A stretch of 64,000 bases of DNA, taken from the NCBI GenBank assembly GCA_027489875.1, contig JAIXZE010000292.1:402-64401 (forward strand), in the 5' to 3' direction. The notes under the pieces were generated by a model. The model saw only the letters and a list, made by a program, of their open reading frames with translations, had not been told where the DNA came from and made no database searches. Positions 9,345-17,963 of this stretch are shown here, piece after piece. The DNA comes from Verrucomicrobiales bacterium (lineage in GTDB: Bacteria > Verrucomicrobiota > Verrucomicrobiia > Limisphaerales > UBA9464). Position 1 is the first letter of the stretch; each line of letters starts with the position of its first letter. A program made the position numbers and the translations under genes.

Positions 9345-11435
9345 ATGGACCGCCAACAAACCAACCGCCGGATCTGGTTCCTCGCCTGGAGCTTTGGCGC
9401 GGCGTTCACGGTGCTTGGCGTCCGGCTGACCTTCGTCCAGTCCCTGGCTCCGATCCGTCCGGACGCACAGGACGACACGGGCCACCGGATGATCCGGCCG
9501 GCAACGCGGGGGGACGTCCTGGATGCACGGGGCAATGTGATGGCCCAGTCGCGTCTGGTTTATGACCTGTACGCGGATCCAGTCGTCATTGGCACGAACG
9601 CGGGTGCGGTGGCGACGTATGTGGCTCCTTTGCTCGGAAAGTCGGCGCTGGAAGTGTTGCCGATGCTGACCCTGACGCCCGAGATCCGTACCAACTGGGT
9701 GGTGACCAATGTCGGAGCGCTGCGGGTGACGAACCTCGCGGTGCGCTGGTACACGAACCGGTCCGTGCTGGTCGCCTCGAATGTCGAGCCAGCGGTGGTG
9801 GCGCGGTATCGCGACGGCATCACCAACCTGCTTTTCCCCCGTTACGTGGAGCTTCGCGAGGCGTACACGGACGCGCGGCGGCGGACGCCGGGACCGGTGG
9901 ATCGGTTGCAGGCGATGGTGCAGGGCCGGGGTGGGGAACTGAAGGAGCACAGCCGGCAGGTTTCGCGGTTGCGTCGGGAGCGTGATGCCCTGGCGGGGCT
10001 GCAGCGGGAAGTGCGGATCAACGGGCTGACGCCGGTACCGGTGGAACAGCGCGTGTATCCCCTGGGGCTCGCGGCTGCGCATGTGCTCGGTTACACGACC
10101 AACGACGTCGTACGTCCTCCACGCGGAGTTCCCGTGCGCCTGATCGGTGCGATGGGCATCGAGAACCGGTTCGACACCGAATTGCAGGGTGTTCCGGGCC
10201 TTCTGGAGACGCACCGGGTCAAGGGGCGCGAACTGGTCTCCATGCGCGGGCGCGACCTGGCGGCGCGGGACGGATTGAACGTCCGGCTGACGATCGACAG
10301 CCCGTTGCAGAGCATCGTCGAGCAGGCGCTGGACGATGCGGTGCAGGCGATCGATCCGAAGGCGATCACGTGCATCGTGGTGCGTCCGCAGACGGGTGAG
10401 ATCCTGGCGATGGCCAACCGGCCGACGTTCGATCCGAACTACGTCCGGTTTGCGCCGGTGGACCACCGCATGAACCGCGCGATCACGGTGCCGAGCGAGC
10501 CCGGGTCGACGTTCAAGATGCTGACGTACGCGGCGGGTATCGACCTTGGACTCGGCAACATTGACGAGATGGTGGACTGCGAGCATGGGCGTTGGCAGCC
10601 GCCGTCTGGAAGGCCGGTGCGGGACATGGAAGGCCATGGGCTTGGCGTGGTGAGCTTCGAGCAGGCGTTCGCGAAGTCTTCGAATGTGGCGGCGGCGAAA
10701 CTCGGCCTGCGGATGTCGGCGGCCCAGTTCATCGGGTACATGAAGCGCTTCGGGTTCCTGCAACGGTCGGGCATCATGTATTCGAGCCGGAGCAACTGGG
10801 GCGGCGAGCACCCGGGTGGGATTCCGGAGCCGGAGCGCATGAACGTCGAGCGCCAGGGCCGGATGAGCTACGGGTATGGGCTTTATGCGACGCCGTTGCA
10901 GACGGCGATGGCGGCGGCGGCGATTGCCAACAACGGCCAGCTGATGAAGCCATTGCTGGTCCGTTCGATCGAGACGCAGGACGGCCGGGTGGTCGCGCAA
11001 TACGGGCCGATGCGCGCGGGCACCGAGCCGGCGATCCGGCCGGAGACGGCGGCGCAGTTGCGCCGGGCGATGCGGAGCGTGGTCACGGATGGCACCGGGA
11101 AGATCACGGCGCTCGAGGAATTTGACGTGGCTGGCAAGACGGGGACGGCGCACAAGGTGGATCCGCTGACCCGACGCCAGAGCAACGAGAAATACACGGC
11201 GACGTTCGTGGGGTTCCTGCCGGCGGAGAAGCCGGAGTTGTGCATCCTGGTCCTTGCGGACGAGCCGTCCAAGCGTGGGGGTGGGTCCCACTTCGGGGGG
11301 AAGGCCTGCGGGCCGGTGTTCAAGACCATCGCGCAGCAGGCGGCCAGTTACCTGGCGCTGCAATCGACGCTGCGGACGAACACCTTCACCAATCTCGCGC
11401 TGACAACCAACCAACCCGCTCAGCGGGTGAACTGA
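9345..11435 (+). CDS. ftsI: Peptidoglycan D,D-transpeptidase FtsI (class B PBP)
   Basis: TM anchor RRIWFLAWSFGAAFTVLGV, with SxxK (STFK), SxN (SSN) and KTG (KTGTA) motifs all intact. ATG at 9345 is preferred; the track start at 8976 overlaps ftsL in another frame. Confidence 0.92.
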   Translation: MDRQQTNRRIWFLAWSFGAAFTVLGVRLTFVQSLAPIRPDAQDDTGHRMIRPATRGDVLDARGNVMAQSRLVYDLYADPVVIGTNAGAVATYVAPLLGKSALEVLPMLTLTPEIRTNWVVTNVGALRVTNLAVRWYTNRSVLVASNVEPAVVARYRDGITNLLFPRYVELREAYTDARRRTPGPVDRLQAMVQGRGGELKEHSRQVSRLRRERDALAGLQREVRINGLTPVPVEQRVYPLGLAAAHVLGYTTNDVVRPPRGVPVRLIGAMGIENRFDTELQGVPGLLETHRVKGRELVSMRGRDLAARDGLNVRLTIDSPLQSIVEQALDDAVQAIDPKAITCIVVRPQTGEILAMANRPTFDPNYVRFAPVDHRMNRAITVPSEPGSTFKMLTYAAGIDLGLGNIDEMVDCEHGRWQPPSGRPVRDMEGHGLGVVSFEQAFAKSSNVAAAKLGLRMSAAQFIGYMKRFGFLQRSGIMYSSRSNWGGEHPGGIPEPERMNVERQGRMSYGYGLYATPLQTAMAAAAIANNGQLMKPLLVRSIETQDGRVVAQYGPMRAGTEPAIRPETAAQLRRAMRSVVTDGTGKITALEEFDVAGKTGTAHKVDPLTRRQSNEKYTATFVGFLPAEKPELCILVLADEPSKRGGGSHFGGKACGPVFKTIAQQAASYLALQSTLRTNTFTNLALTTNQPAQRVN

Positions 11436-11436
11436 C

Positions 11437-12756
11437 ATGTTGCTGGACCACCTCCTCAGCCATCTGCCCGGAGCGCAGTACGATCCTGTGCGCTTCCGGA
11501 ATGCAGGACGCCGGGTGATCCGTGGCGTGACCACGGACTCCCGGAGTTCGGCACCCGGCATGTTGTTTGTTTCGCTCCCGGAGCGTCAGCGCGAGAACCC
11601 TTTCCAGGCCTGTGCCGCACACGACCGCGGTTGCGCGGCGGTGGTCCGCGACGAGGCCACTCCGGCTCCCCGCGGCGCTTCGTGCGTGGAGGTTGACGAT
11701 GCCTGCTCGGCGCTCGGATGGATTGCGGCCGCGCTGCACGATCATCCCTCGCGGCGGATCGACGTCTTTGGTGTCGCGGGCCAGGCGGGGCCGCGTGCCC
11801 GGTTGGCAGGTGTTCTGACAGAATTGCTGGGGGCGGCCGGTGGGTCCTGCGCGCGGTTTTCGCCGGGAGAGTGTGCTTCCGGGGATCGTGTCCATCCGTG
11901 GGAGATCGCGGGCATGGACGCCAGCCACGTCCAGCTCGAGCTGGCGCGCCACGCGCAGACCGGTGGGACCGCGTGCGTCCTCGAGTTGGGCCAGGATGCG
12001 TTGGCCGAGTCGTCGACACGGGGCGTCGAGTTCCGACGTCGCGTCGAGGCCGGCGATGTCTTGCCGGAATCCATGGTGCCGACGCGGCTGTCGCCGCGTG
12101 GGAGCTTCTGTTCGTGGCATCGGGATGGGCGCGAATATCGGGTGGCCACGCCGTTGGCGGGCCGACTGCAACTGGCGGCCCTGGGCCGCGCGTTGGAGAT
12201 GGCGGCCGACGCCGGCATCTCGATGGCCCGGTTGCTGGCCACGGTGCCGACCCTGCGGGTGGCAACCGGATGGTTGGAGCCCGTGCATGCGGGGCAGCCC
12301 TTTGGTCTTTTTGTGGATGCGGCGTGCGACGCCTCCAGCATGGAAAGCACGCTGACGTGCGCCCGGGAGATGACCCAGGGACGCCTGTTCGTCGTGACGG
12401 GCCCCCGACCGGAGGCCGCCAGCGGAGAAATGCTGGAAATGGCGCGGGTGTGCGGTGTCCTCGCCGACGCGGTGGTGGTGACGACGGATGATCTCGCCCC
12501 GGCGGAGTTTGCGTTCCGGGCACCGGAGTTCGCGGCAGCCGCCGGTGGTCCCCGGGCGATGGCGGTGGTCGAGGCGGACCGCCACCAGGCGTTGCGCCGG
12601 GTCTGCGGTGCCGCCCGTGCCGGCGACGTGGTGATCGTGGCGGGCAAGGCGACGCACCCAACCCAACGCATGGGGGATGTCCTCATCCCGTGGGATGACC
12701 GGGCGCATCTCGGTTCGGTATTGGGCCGGATGGGTTACGTCGGCGGAGACTTTTGA
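11437..12756 (+). CDS. murE: MurE-family Mur ligase homologue with degenerate catalytic motifs (candidate pseudoenzyme)
   Basis: Collinear with MurE: GVTTDSRSSAPGMLFV, LHDHPSRRIDVFGV..., VVTTDD..., VIVAGKATH...IPWDDR. The P-loop reads GVAGQAGPRA instead of GVTGTNGKTT, and DNPR reads DDLA. 439 aa. Confidence 0.8.
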   Translation: MLLDHLLSHLPGAQYDPVRFRNAGRRVIRGVTTDSRSSAPGMLFVSLPERQRENPFQACAAHDRGCAAVVRDEATPAPRGASCVEVDDACSALGWIAAALHDHPSRRIDVFGVAGQAGPRARLAGVLTELLGAAGGSCARFSPGECASGDRVHPWEIAGMDASHVQLELARHAQTGGTACVLELGQDALAESSTRGVEFRRRVEAGDVLPESMVPTRLSPRGSFCSWHRDGREYRVATPLAGRLQLAALGRALEMAADAGISMARLLATVPTLRVATGWLEPVHAGQPFGLFVDAACDASSMESTLTCAREMTQGRLFVVTGPRPEAASGEMLEMARVCGVLADAVVVTTDDLAPAEFAFRAPEFAAAAGGPRAMAVVEADRHQALRRVCGAARAGDVVIVAGKATHPTQRMGDVLIPWDDRAHLGSVLGRMGYVGGDF

Positions 12757-12766
12757 CGAGGGACGC

Positions 12767-14164
12767 ATGGAAACACGCGACATGAACTGGGTGGCGATGG
12801 CCACGGGCGGAACACTCCGTCCGGGGAGTGCTGCCGTGCGGTTCGAGCGTGTCTCGACGGACTCGCGGACGGCGGGTCCGGGCGACCTGTTCGTGGCGTT
12901 GCGTGGGGAGCGTTTCGACGCGCACGACTTCCTTCCGGAGGTCGTCGCCCGGGGTGTGGCGGGAATCCTGGTGGCCGAAGGGTGCGAACCGCGATCGACC
13001 GGAAGCGTGGCCGTGGTGACGGTGCTGGATACGCGGTTGGCCCTGGGCCGGATGGCGGCGAAGTACCGTTCGGAATTCACGCTGCCGGTGGTTTGCGTCG
13101 TGGGTTCCAACGGAAAGACGACCACGAAGGATTTGTTGGCGGGATTGGTGGCGACCCTGGGGTCGGTCCATCGGAGTGAAGCGAGTTTCAACAATGACGT
13201 GGGCGTGCCGCTGACGTTGTTGGGATTGGCATCCAGCCATCGGGTGGCGGTCCTGGAGGCGGGCACGAATCACCCGGGTGAACTTGCTCCGTTGCTGGCC
13301 TCGATTGCACCAAAGGTGGGCGTCCTCACCGGCATTGGACGGGAGCATCTGGAGCATTTCGGGAGCCTCGAAGGCGTGGCCGAAGAGGAGGGAACGATCG
13401 CGTCCGTCCTGCCGCCCGACGGACTGCTCGTGCTGAATGGGGACAGCGGGTTCTCGGCTGGGATTGCCGCACGCAGCCGTGCGGAGGTGGTTCGGTTCGG
13501 GGAAGGGGCAGGGAATGCGTGGCGGGTGGTTTCGAGCCGGAGCACGTGGGAGGGGCAGGAGTTTGAATTGGCCACGCCCGTGCCGGGTTGGTCGGGGACG
13601 TGGCGGGTGGGTGTTCCGGGACGCCACATGGCAGTGAACGCCGCGGGCGCACTGGCGGCCGCGTGCCGCTTGGGCGTGTCGGTGGAAGCGGCGCGGACCG
13701 CGTTGGCCGGGTTTCGGGCCACGAAACAGCGGATGGAGGTTCTGGAGGCGGGAGGCGTCCGGATCCTCAACGACTGCTACAACGCCAACGCCGACTCGAT
13801 GGCGGCGGCGTTGCAGACACTTTTCGACCTCCCGTGTGCAGGCCGCCGAGTGGCGGTGCTTGGCGACATGGCCGAACTGGGGCCGGCCAGCGAACCTGCG
13901 CACGGGGAGGTCGGTATGCTTGCGGTGGGTCGTGCGGACCTCTTGTTCGCCGTGGGGCAACGCGCCGGTGTGACCGCGGGGGCGGCTGCGTCGGCTGGAA
14001 TGGCCGGAGTGACGGCGCATGCGGACGTCGAGTCCCTGATGCCGGTGCTGTGGGAGGCGGTGCGGCCCGGGGACGTGGTCCTGGTGAAGGCGTCGCGTTC
14101 GGCGCGCCTGGAGCGCGTGACGGCCGGGCTGCTGGGTCGGTTGGGGGAACGGAAGGTTTCCTGA
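12767..14164 (+). CDS. murF: UDP-N-acetylmuramoyl-tripeptide--D-alanyl-D-alanine ligase
   Basis: VVGSNGKTTTKDL P-loop plus GTNHPGELAPL, LNDCYNANADSM and VLGDMAELG are all intact. ATG at 12767 follows the murE stop. Confidence 0.93.
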   Translation: METRDMNWVAMATGGTLRPGSAAVRFERVSTDSRTAGPGDLFVALRGERFDAHDFLPEVVARGVAGILVAEGCEPRSTGSVAVVTVLDTRLALGRMAAKYRSEFTLPVVCVVGSNGKTTTKDLLAGLVATLGSVHRSEASFNNDVGVPLTLLGLASSHRVAVLEAGTNHPGELAPLLASIAPKVGVLTGIGREHLEHFGSLEGVAEEEGTIASVLPPDGLLVLNGDSGFSAGIAARSRAEVVRFGEGAGNAWRVVSSRSTWEGQEFELATPVPGWSGTWRVGVPGRHMAVNAAGALAAACRLGVSVEAARTALAGFRATKQRMEVLEAGGVRILNDCYNANADSMAAALQTLFDLPCAGRRVAVLGDMAELGPASEPAHGEVGMLAVGRADLLFAVGQRAGVTAGAAASAGMAGVTAHADVESLMPVLWEAVRPGDVVLVKASRSARLERVTAGLLGRLGERKVS

Positions 14165-14165
14165 G

Positions 14166-15302
14166 ATGCTGTATCACCTGTCAGAGCAATTCCCGTTCGC
14201 GCCGTATTCGTTGCTGCGCTACGTGACCGTGCGGAGCGCGGGAGCACTGGTGACGTCGTTGCTGCTGTCGCTGTGGCTGGGGCCACGGGTCATCGAATGG
14301 TTGCGCGACCTGAAGTTCCGGCAGGATTACCGGCCGAAGGACGCGCAGAAGCCGGGCGACGTCACGGGAGCCGCGGACGATCAGGCGAAGCGGGGAACGC
14401 CCACCATGGGCGGGATCCTGATCGTGCTGACGCTGGATCTTTCGGTGCTGCTGTGGGCGCGGTGGAACCCGCTGGTGATCCTGGCGCTGGTGGTGCTGCT
14501 GATCTTCTCGGGGTTGGGGCTGTACGACGACTGGAAGAAGGTCTCGAAGCAGAACGCGGACGGGGTTTCGTCCCACCTGAAGTTGATCGTCCAGTTCGTG
14601 GTGGCGATCGCGGCGGTGGCCTACCTGTGGCGGTTGCCGTCGGGCAGCGCGCTGGTGACGGAGTTGCATGTGCCTTTCATGCCGGCGAAATCGGCGCTGC
14701 TGGTGGGGGGCGGAGCAACGATCCTCGCACTGGCAGTGGCTGTCTTCACGATCGTGGGTTTCAGCAACGCGGTGAACCTGACGGACGGCATGGACGGACT
14801 GGCGATCGGATGTTCGATCGTCTGCACCTCGGTGTTCCTGTTGCTGGCGTACGTCGCCGGGCATGCGGAAATCTCGAAGTACCTGCTCGTGCCGAAAGTA
14901 CCGGGTGCCGGGGAACTGACGGTCGTGTGCGCAGCGCTGATCGGGTCGAGCCTGGGATTCTGGTGGTACAATTGTCATCCGGCCTCGGTGTTCATGGGGG
15001 ACACGGGCAGCCTGGCGATCGGCGGGATGCTGGGGGTGATCGCGGTCACGATCCATCAACCGCTGACGCTGTTGCTCGCGGGCGGGGTTTTTCTGGCGGA
15101 GGCCCTGAGCGTGATGCTCCAGGTGGGGTGGTTCAAATACACCCGGATCCGGTTCGGGCAGGGGCGCCGGATCTTCCTGATGTCGCCGTTGCACCATCAT
15201 TTCCGGAAGAAGGGGTGGGCGGAGACGAAGGTCGTCACCCGATTCTACATCGCGGCCTTCCTGTGTGCGGTGCTGGCGTTGAGCACGCTGAAGATCCGAT
15301 GA
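14166..15302 (+). CDS. mraY: Phospho-N-acetylmuramoyl-pentapeptide transferase
   Basis: 378 aa polytopic protein. GTPTMGG, NAVNLTDGMDGLA, MGDTGSLAIGG and LHHHF are MraY signatures. Confidence 0.95.
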   Translation: MLYHLSEQFPFAPYSLLRYVTVRSAGALVTSLLLSLWLGPRVIEWLRDLKFRQDYRPKDAQKPGDVTGAADDQAKRGTPTMGGILIVLTLDLSVLLWARWNPLVILALVVLLIFSGLGLYDDWKKVSKQNADGVSSHLKLIVQFVVAIAAVAYLWRLPSGSALVTELHVPFMPAKSALLVGGGATILALAVAVFTIVGFSNAVNLTDGMDGLAIGCSIVCTSVFLLLAYVAGHAEISKYLLVPKVPGAGELTVVCAALIGSSLGFWWYNCHPASVFMGDTGSLAIGGMLGVIAVTIHQPLTLLLAGGVFLAEALSVMLQVGWFKYTRIRFGQGRRIFLMSPLHHHFRKKGWAETKVVTRFYIAAFLCAVLALSTLKIR

Positions 15303-15508
15303 AGCTCCAACCGACATCCGGCAACGAGGCGAGGCCCGCGGAACGTGAGGAAAACTCCTCCCGACCGAAGCGGAGGCCACGGGTTGCTTGCGTGGGCGGG
15401 ATCGCCCCGGTAAATTTTCGTTTCGGGGTGGCTGGACGGGCCATCCGGAAAACGGTGCCTGCATCGGCACCTGGCGGTGCGAACCATTTCCAGTTCCAAC
15501 CGGTATTG

Positions 15509-15546
15509 CGGGCGGCAGCCGTGTGGCTGTCCGCCGCGTTTTGCTT
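15509..15546 (+). terminator. Stem-loop plus U-rich tract downstream of mraY
   Basis: GCGGGCGGCAGCC-GTGT-GGCTGTCCGCCGC followed by GTTTTGCTTGGTT. Confidence 0.4.
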
Positions 15547-15699
15547 GGTTGTCCCCTTCACGGGTCTTGAAGGGGCATGCGTCAGAGGATGCAGGATTCC
15601 TCTGGTCCGTGGTTTTGTGAGGGAAAACCACGGAGCAGATCGGCTTACAATTCCAATTCCAGTCCCCACTCCGGGTGCCGACGGGCACCCAGCAAATCC

Positions 15700-16683
15700 A
15701 TGAGCACACCCAATCCACTCGCACCGCAAGGTTCGCTTCTTGAGAAGCACGGCCGCGGCCGCTCGACATTCCAGATCATCAGCTTCATTGGCGCCCTCCA
15801 TGTGGTGGCGCTGTGCGGCATGCTGTGGATCGGCTGCAAGAAGGACGATCAGGCAGGCACCAACGGCACCGGTATGGCCGGTGGCACGGGCGGCCTTGAT
15901 GCGGGCACCACCCCGGGCCTTCCGCCGAGCGACCCTGGCCTTCCGCCCATCGGCGGGGTCGGGTACGGCATTCCTTCCACCAACGACGTTCCCCTGCCTG
16001 GTGGCGTGGGCGGGCCCGTGGCGACCGCCGTCTCGAATCCGCCGATCACCGGGGTCGGCACGTTGCCTCCTCCGGGCAGCGGCACGGGTCTGGCTCCGTT
16101 GCCGACGGGGAGTGCCTCCGGTGGCGGGTTGCCGCCGGTGGACAACATCGGATCCGGATCCGTGGTGGGTGCCACCACGACCACTGGAACCGGCGAGTAC
16201 AAGGTCCAGAGCGGTGACACCGGCACGAAGATCGCCAGCAAGGCCGGCGTGAAGCTGGCCGCGTTGAAGGCCGCGAACCCGGGTGTTGACTGGAACAAGC
16301 TCAAGCTGAACCAGACGCTGGTCATTCCGGCACCCACGGCGGCTCCGACAACTCCCGCCGCGCCCACCGGAGTCGCTTCCGGGGGTGGCGCAGGCACGGC
16401 GGTCGAGACCGCCTCGGCCACCGGCACGACGTACACCGTCCGACCCGGCGACAACGGCATGCGCATCGCGAAGAAGACCGGGGTGACCTGGAAGGCGATC
16501 CGCGCCGCCAACGGCCTGACCTCGGACAACATCCGTCCCGGTCAGAAGCTGACGATTCCGGCCAAGGGTGGCGGTGCGGCGGCGACGCCGTCCGGTGGCA
16601 CGTCGGGTGGCGGTAGCGCCATTGCGCCGGCTCCGTCCACCCCTTCGGCGACGCCGTTGCCCACCCTTCCTGGCGGGCAGTAA
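15700..16683 (+). CDS. Membrane-anchored protein with two LysM domains and Gly/Pro-rich linkers
   Basis: TM FQIISFIGALHVVALCGMLWIG. Two LysM units: YKVQSGDTGTKIASKAGVKLAALKAANPGVDWNKLKLNQTLVIP and YTVRPGDNGMRIAKKTGVTWKAIRAANGLTSDNIRPGQKLTIP. ATG at 15700. Confidence 0.85.
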   Translation: MSTPNPLAPQGSLLEKHGRGRSTFQIISFIGALHVVALCGMLWIGCKKDDQAGTNGTGMAGGTGGLDAGTTPGLPPSDPGLPPIGGVGYGIPSTNDVPLPGGVGGPVATAVSNPPITGVGTLPPPGSGTGLAPLPTGSASGGGLPPVDNIGSGSVVGATTTTGTGEYKVQSGDTGTKIASKAGVKLAALKAANPGVDWNKLKLNQTLVIPAPTAAPTTPAAPTGVASGGGAGTAVETASATGTTYTVRPGDNGMRIAKKTGVTWKAIRAANGLTSDNIRPGQKLTIPAKGGGAAATPSGGTSGGGSAIAPAPSTPSATPLPTLPGGQ

Positions 16684-16809
16684 TCCACGTGGGTTGATCC
16701 CGGAGCGCCCGCCCCCGTCCTCAGGGTGGCGGGCGACCGGGGGGATGTGGGGGGGGTGTCGGAGTTGGGCGCGGATGGAGTGGTTGGAATTGGATTTGTC
16801 AGGAAGCGC

Positions 16810-17955
16810 ATGAAGACGATCACGACCCTGTTGGTGTTGGCGGTGGGTGCCTTGGTGGCGCTCAGCCTGACCATGCTGGCCAGCGCCACGATGCTGGACT
16901 CCAAGCCGGACGAGTCGCTGTTTACCCAGGCGGGAGCCTGCCTGGCGGGCGTCGTCGCGATGGTGGTGATGTCCGCGGTGGATTACCGGCGCTGGATGCG
17001 GGGCATGTGGTTGGTGTACGGCGGCGCGATGACCTTGCTGATCCTGGTGCTCCTGATCGGACACGAGGCGAAGGGCGCACGGCGCTGGCTCTGGGGGACG
17101 CAACCGGCGGAGATCGGGAAGTTCGCGTTGATCCTGGCGTTGGCTTGGTACGGCAGTCGGTACGCGAGCCAGATGAAGGATTTCGGGCGGGGCATTTGCG
17201 GCAGCGTGGGGTTGGTGGCGCCGTTGATCGGGTTGGTCCTGCTGGAACCGGACCGCGGAACGGGCGCGTTGATGGTGGCGTTGACCTTGATGTTGCTGCT
17301 GCTGGCCGGCGCGCGTTGGTTGTACATCGTGGCTCCGGCCCTCCTGGGCGGGGCCGCCATTGCCGCCATGGTGATCGTCAGTCCCATGGCCCGGGACCGG
17401 ATTGACGCCTGGATCCACCCGGAGGCCCACCGGGACGGGGCGTCCCATCAGGTGCTGAAGGGACTGTATGCGTTCGCGCAGGGAGGCATCGAGGGGCGTG
17501 GGCTCGGTCGTGGCACGCTGAAGTACAACGTTCCGGAGGTGCACACCGATTTCATCCTGCCTGCCGTGGGTGAGGAGTTGGGGCTGACCTTCACGCTGGC
17601 GATCGTGGTGGCCTACCTGACGATCCTGATCTGCGGGTTGATGGTGGCGATGCGGGCACCCGATCAGTTCGGGTTGCTGCTGGCGGCGGGGATCACGCTG
17701 CTGATCGTTGCCCAGGCGATGATCAACATCGGGGTGGTGACCGCGGTCTTTCCGAACAAGGGCATGCCGCTTCCGTTCGTCAGCCGTGGCGGATCCAACC
17801 TTGCCGTCCTGATGACGATGGTCGGGGTTCTGGTCTCGGTGGCGCGGGCGGAACGTTCCGAACCCAATGATTCCAGTCCGACGCCCGAGCGCCGAAGCCG
17901 CGGCGGACGCCGGAATCCGTTTTCGTCGGACACCGACTTTGTGGGAGCTGCCTGA
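16810..17955 (+). CDS. ftsW: SEDS-family peptidoglycan glycosyltransferase FtsW
   Basis: Polytopic. RRWLWGTQPAEIGKFALIL, HTDFILPAVGEELG and GMPLPFVSRGGSN are FtsW/RodA motifs. ATG at 16810. Confidence 0.92.
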   Translation: MKTITTLLVLAVGALVALSLTMLASATMLDSKPDESLFTQAGACLAGVVAMVVMSAVDYRRWMRGMWLVYGGAMTLLILVLLIGHEAKGARRWLWGTQPAEIGKFALILALAWYGSRYASQMKDFGRGICGSVGLVAPLIGLVLLEPDRGTGALMVALTLMLLLLAGARWLYIVAPALLGGAAIAAMVIVSPMARDRIDAWIHPEAHRDGASHQVLKGLYAFAQGGIEGRGLGRGTLKYNVPEVHTDFILPAVGEELGLTFTLAIVVAYLTILICGLMVAMRAPDQFGLLLAAGITLLIVAQAMINIGVVTAVFPNKGMPLPFVSRGGSNLAVLMTMVGVLVSVARAERSEPNDSSPTPERRSRGGRRNPFSSDTDFVGAA

Positions 17956-17963
17956 GGCCTGCG

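Noticed and set aside
15303-15699. A decayed murD remnant in the mraY-lysM spacer.
   Set aside because: The spacer is only 397 bp. No frame shows any Mur-ligase motif (no G.GKT-like loop), and the sequence is dominated by hairpins rather than eroded coding signal.
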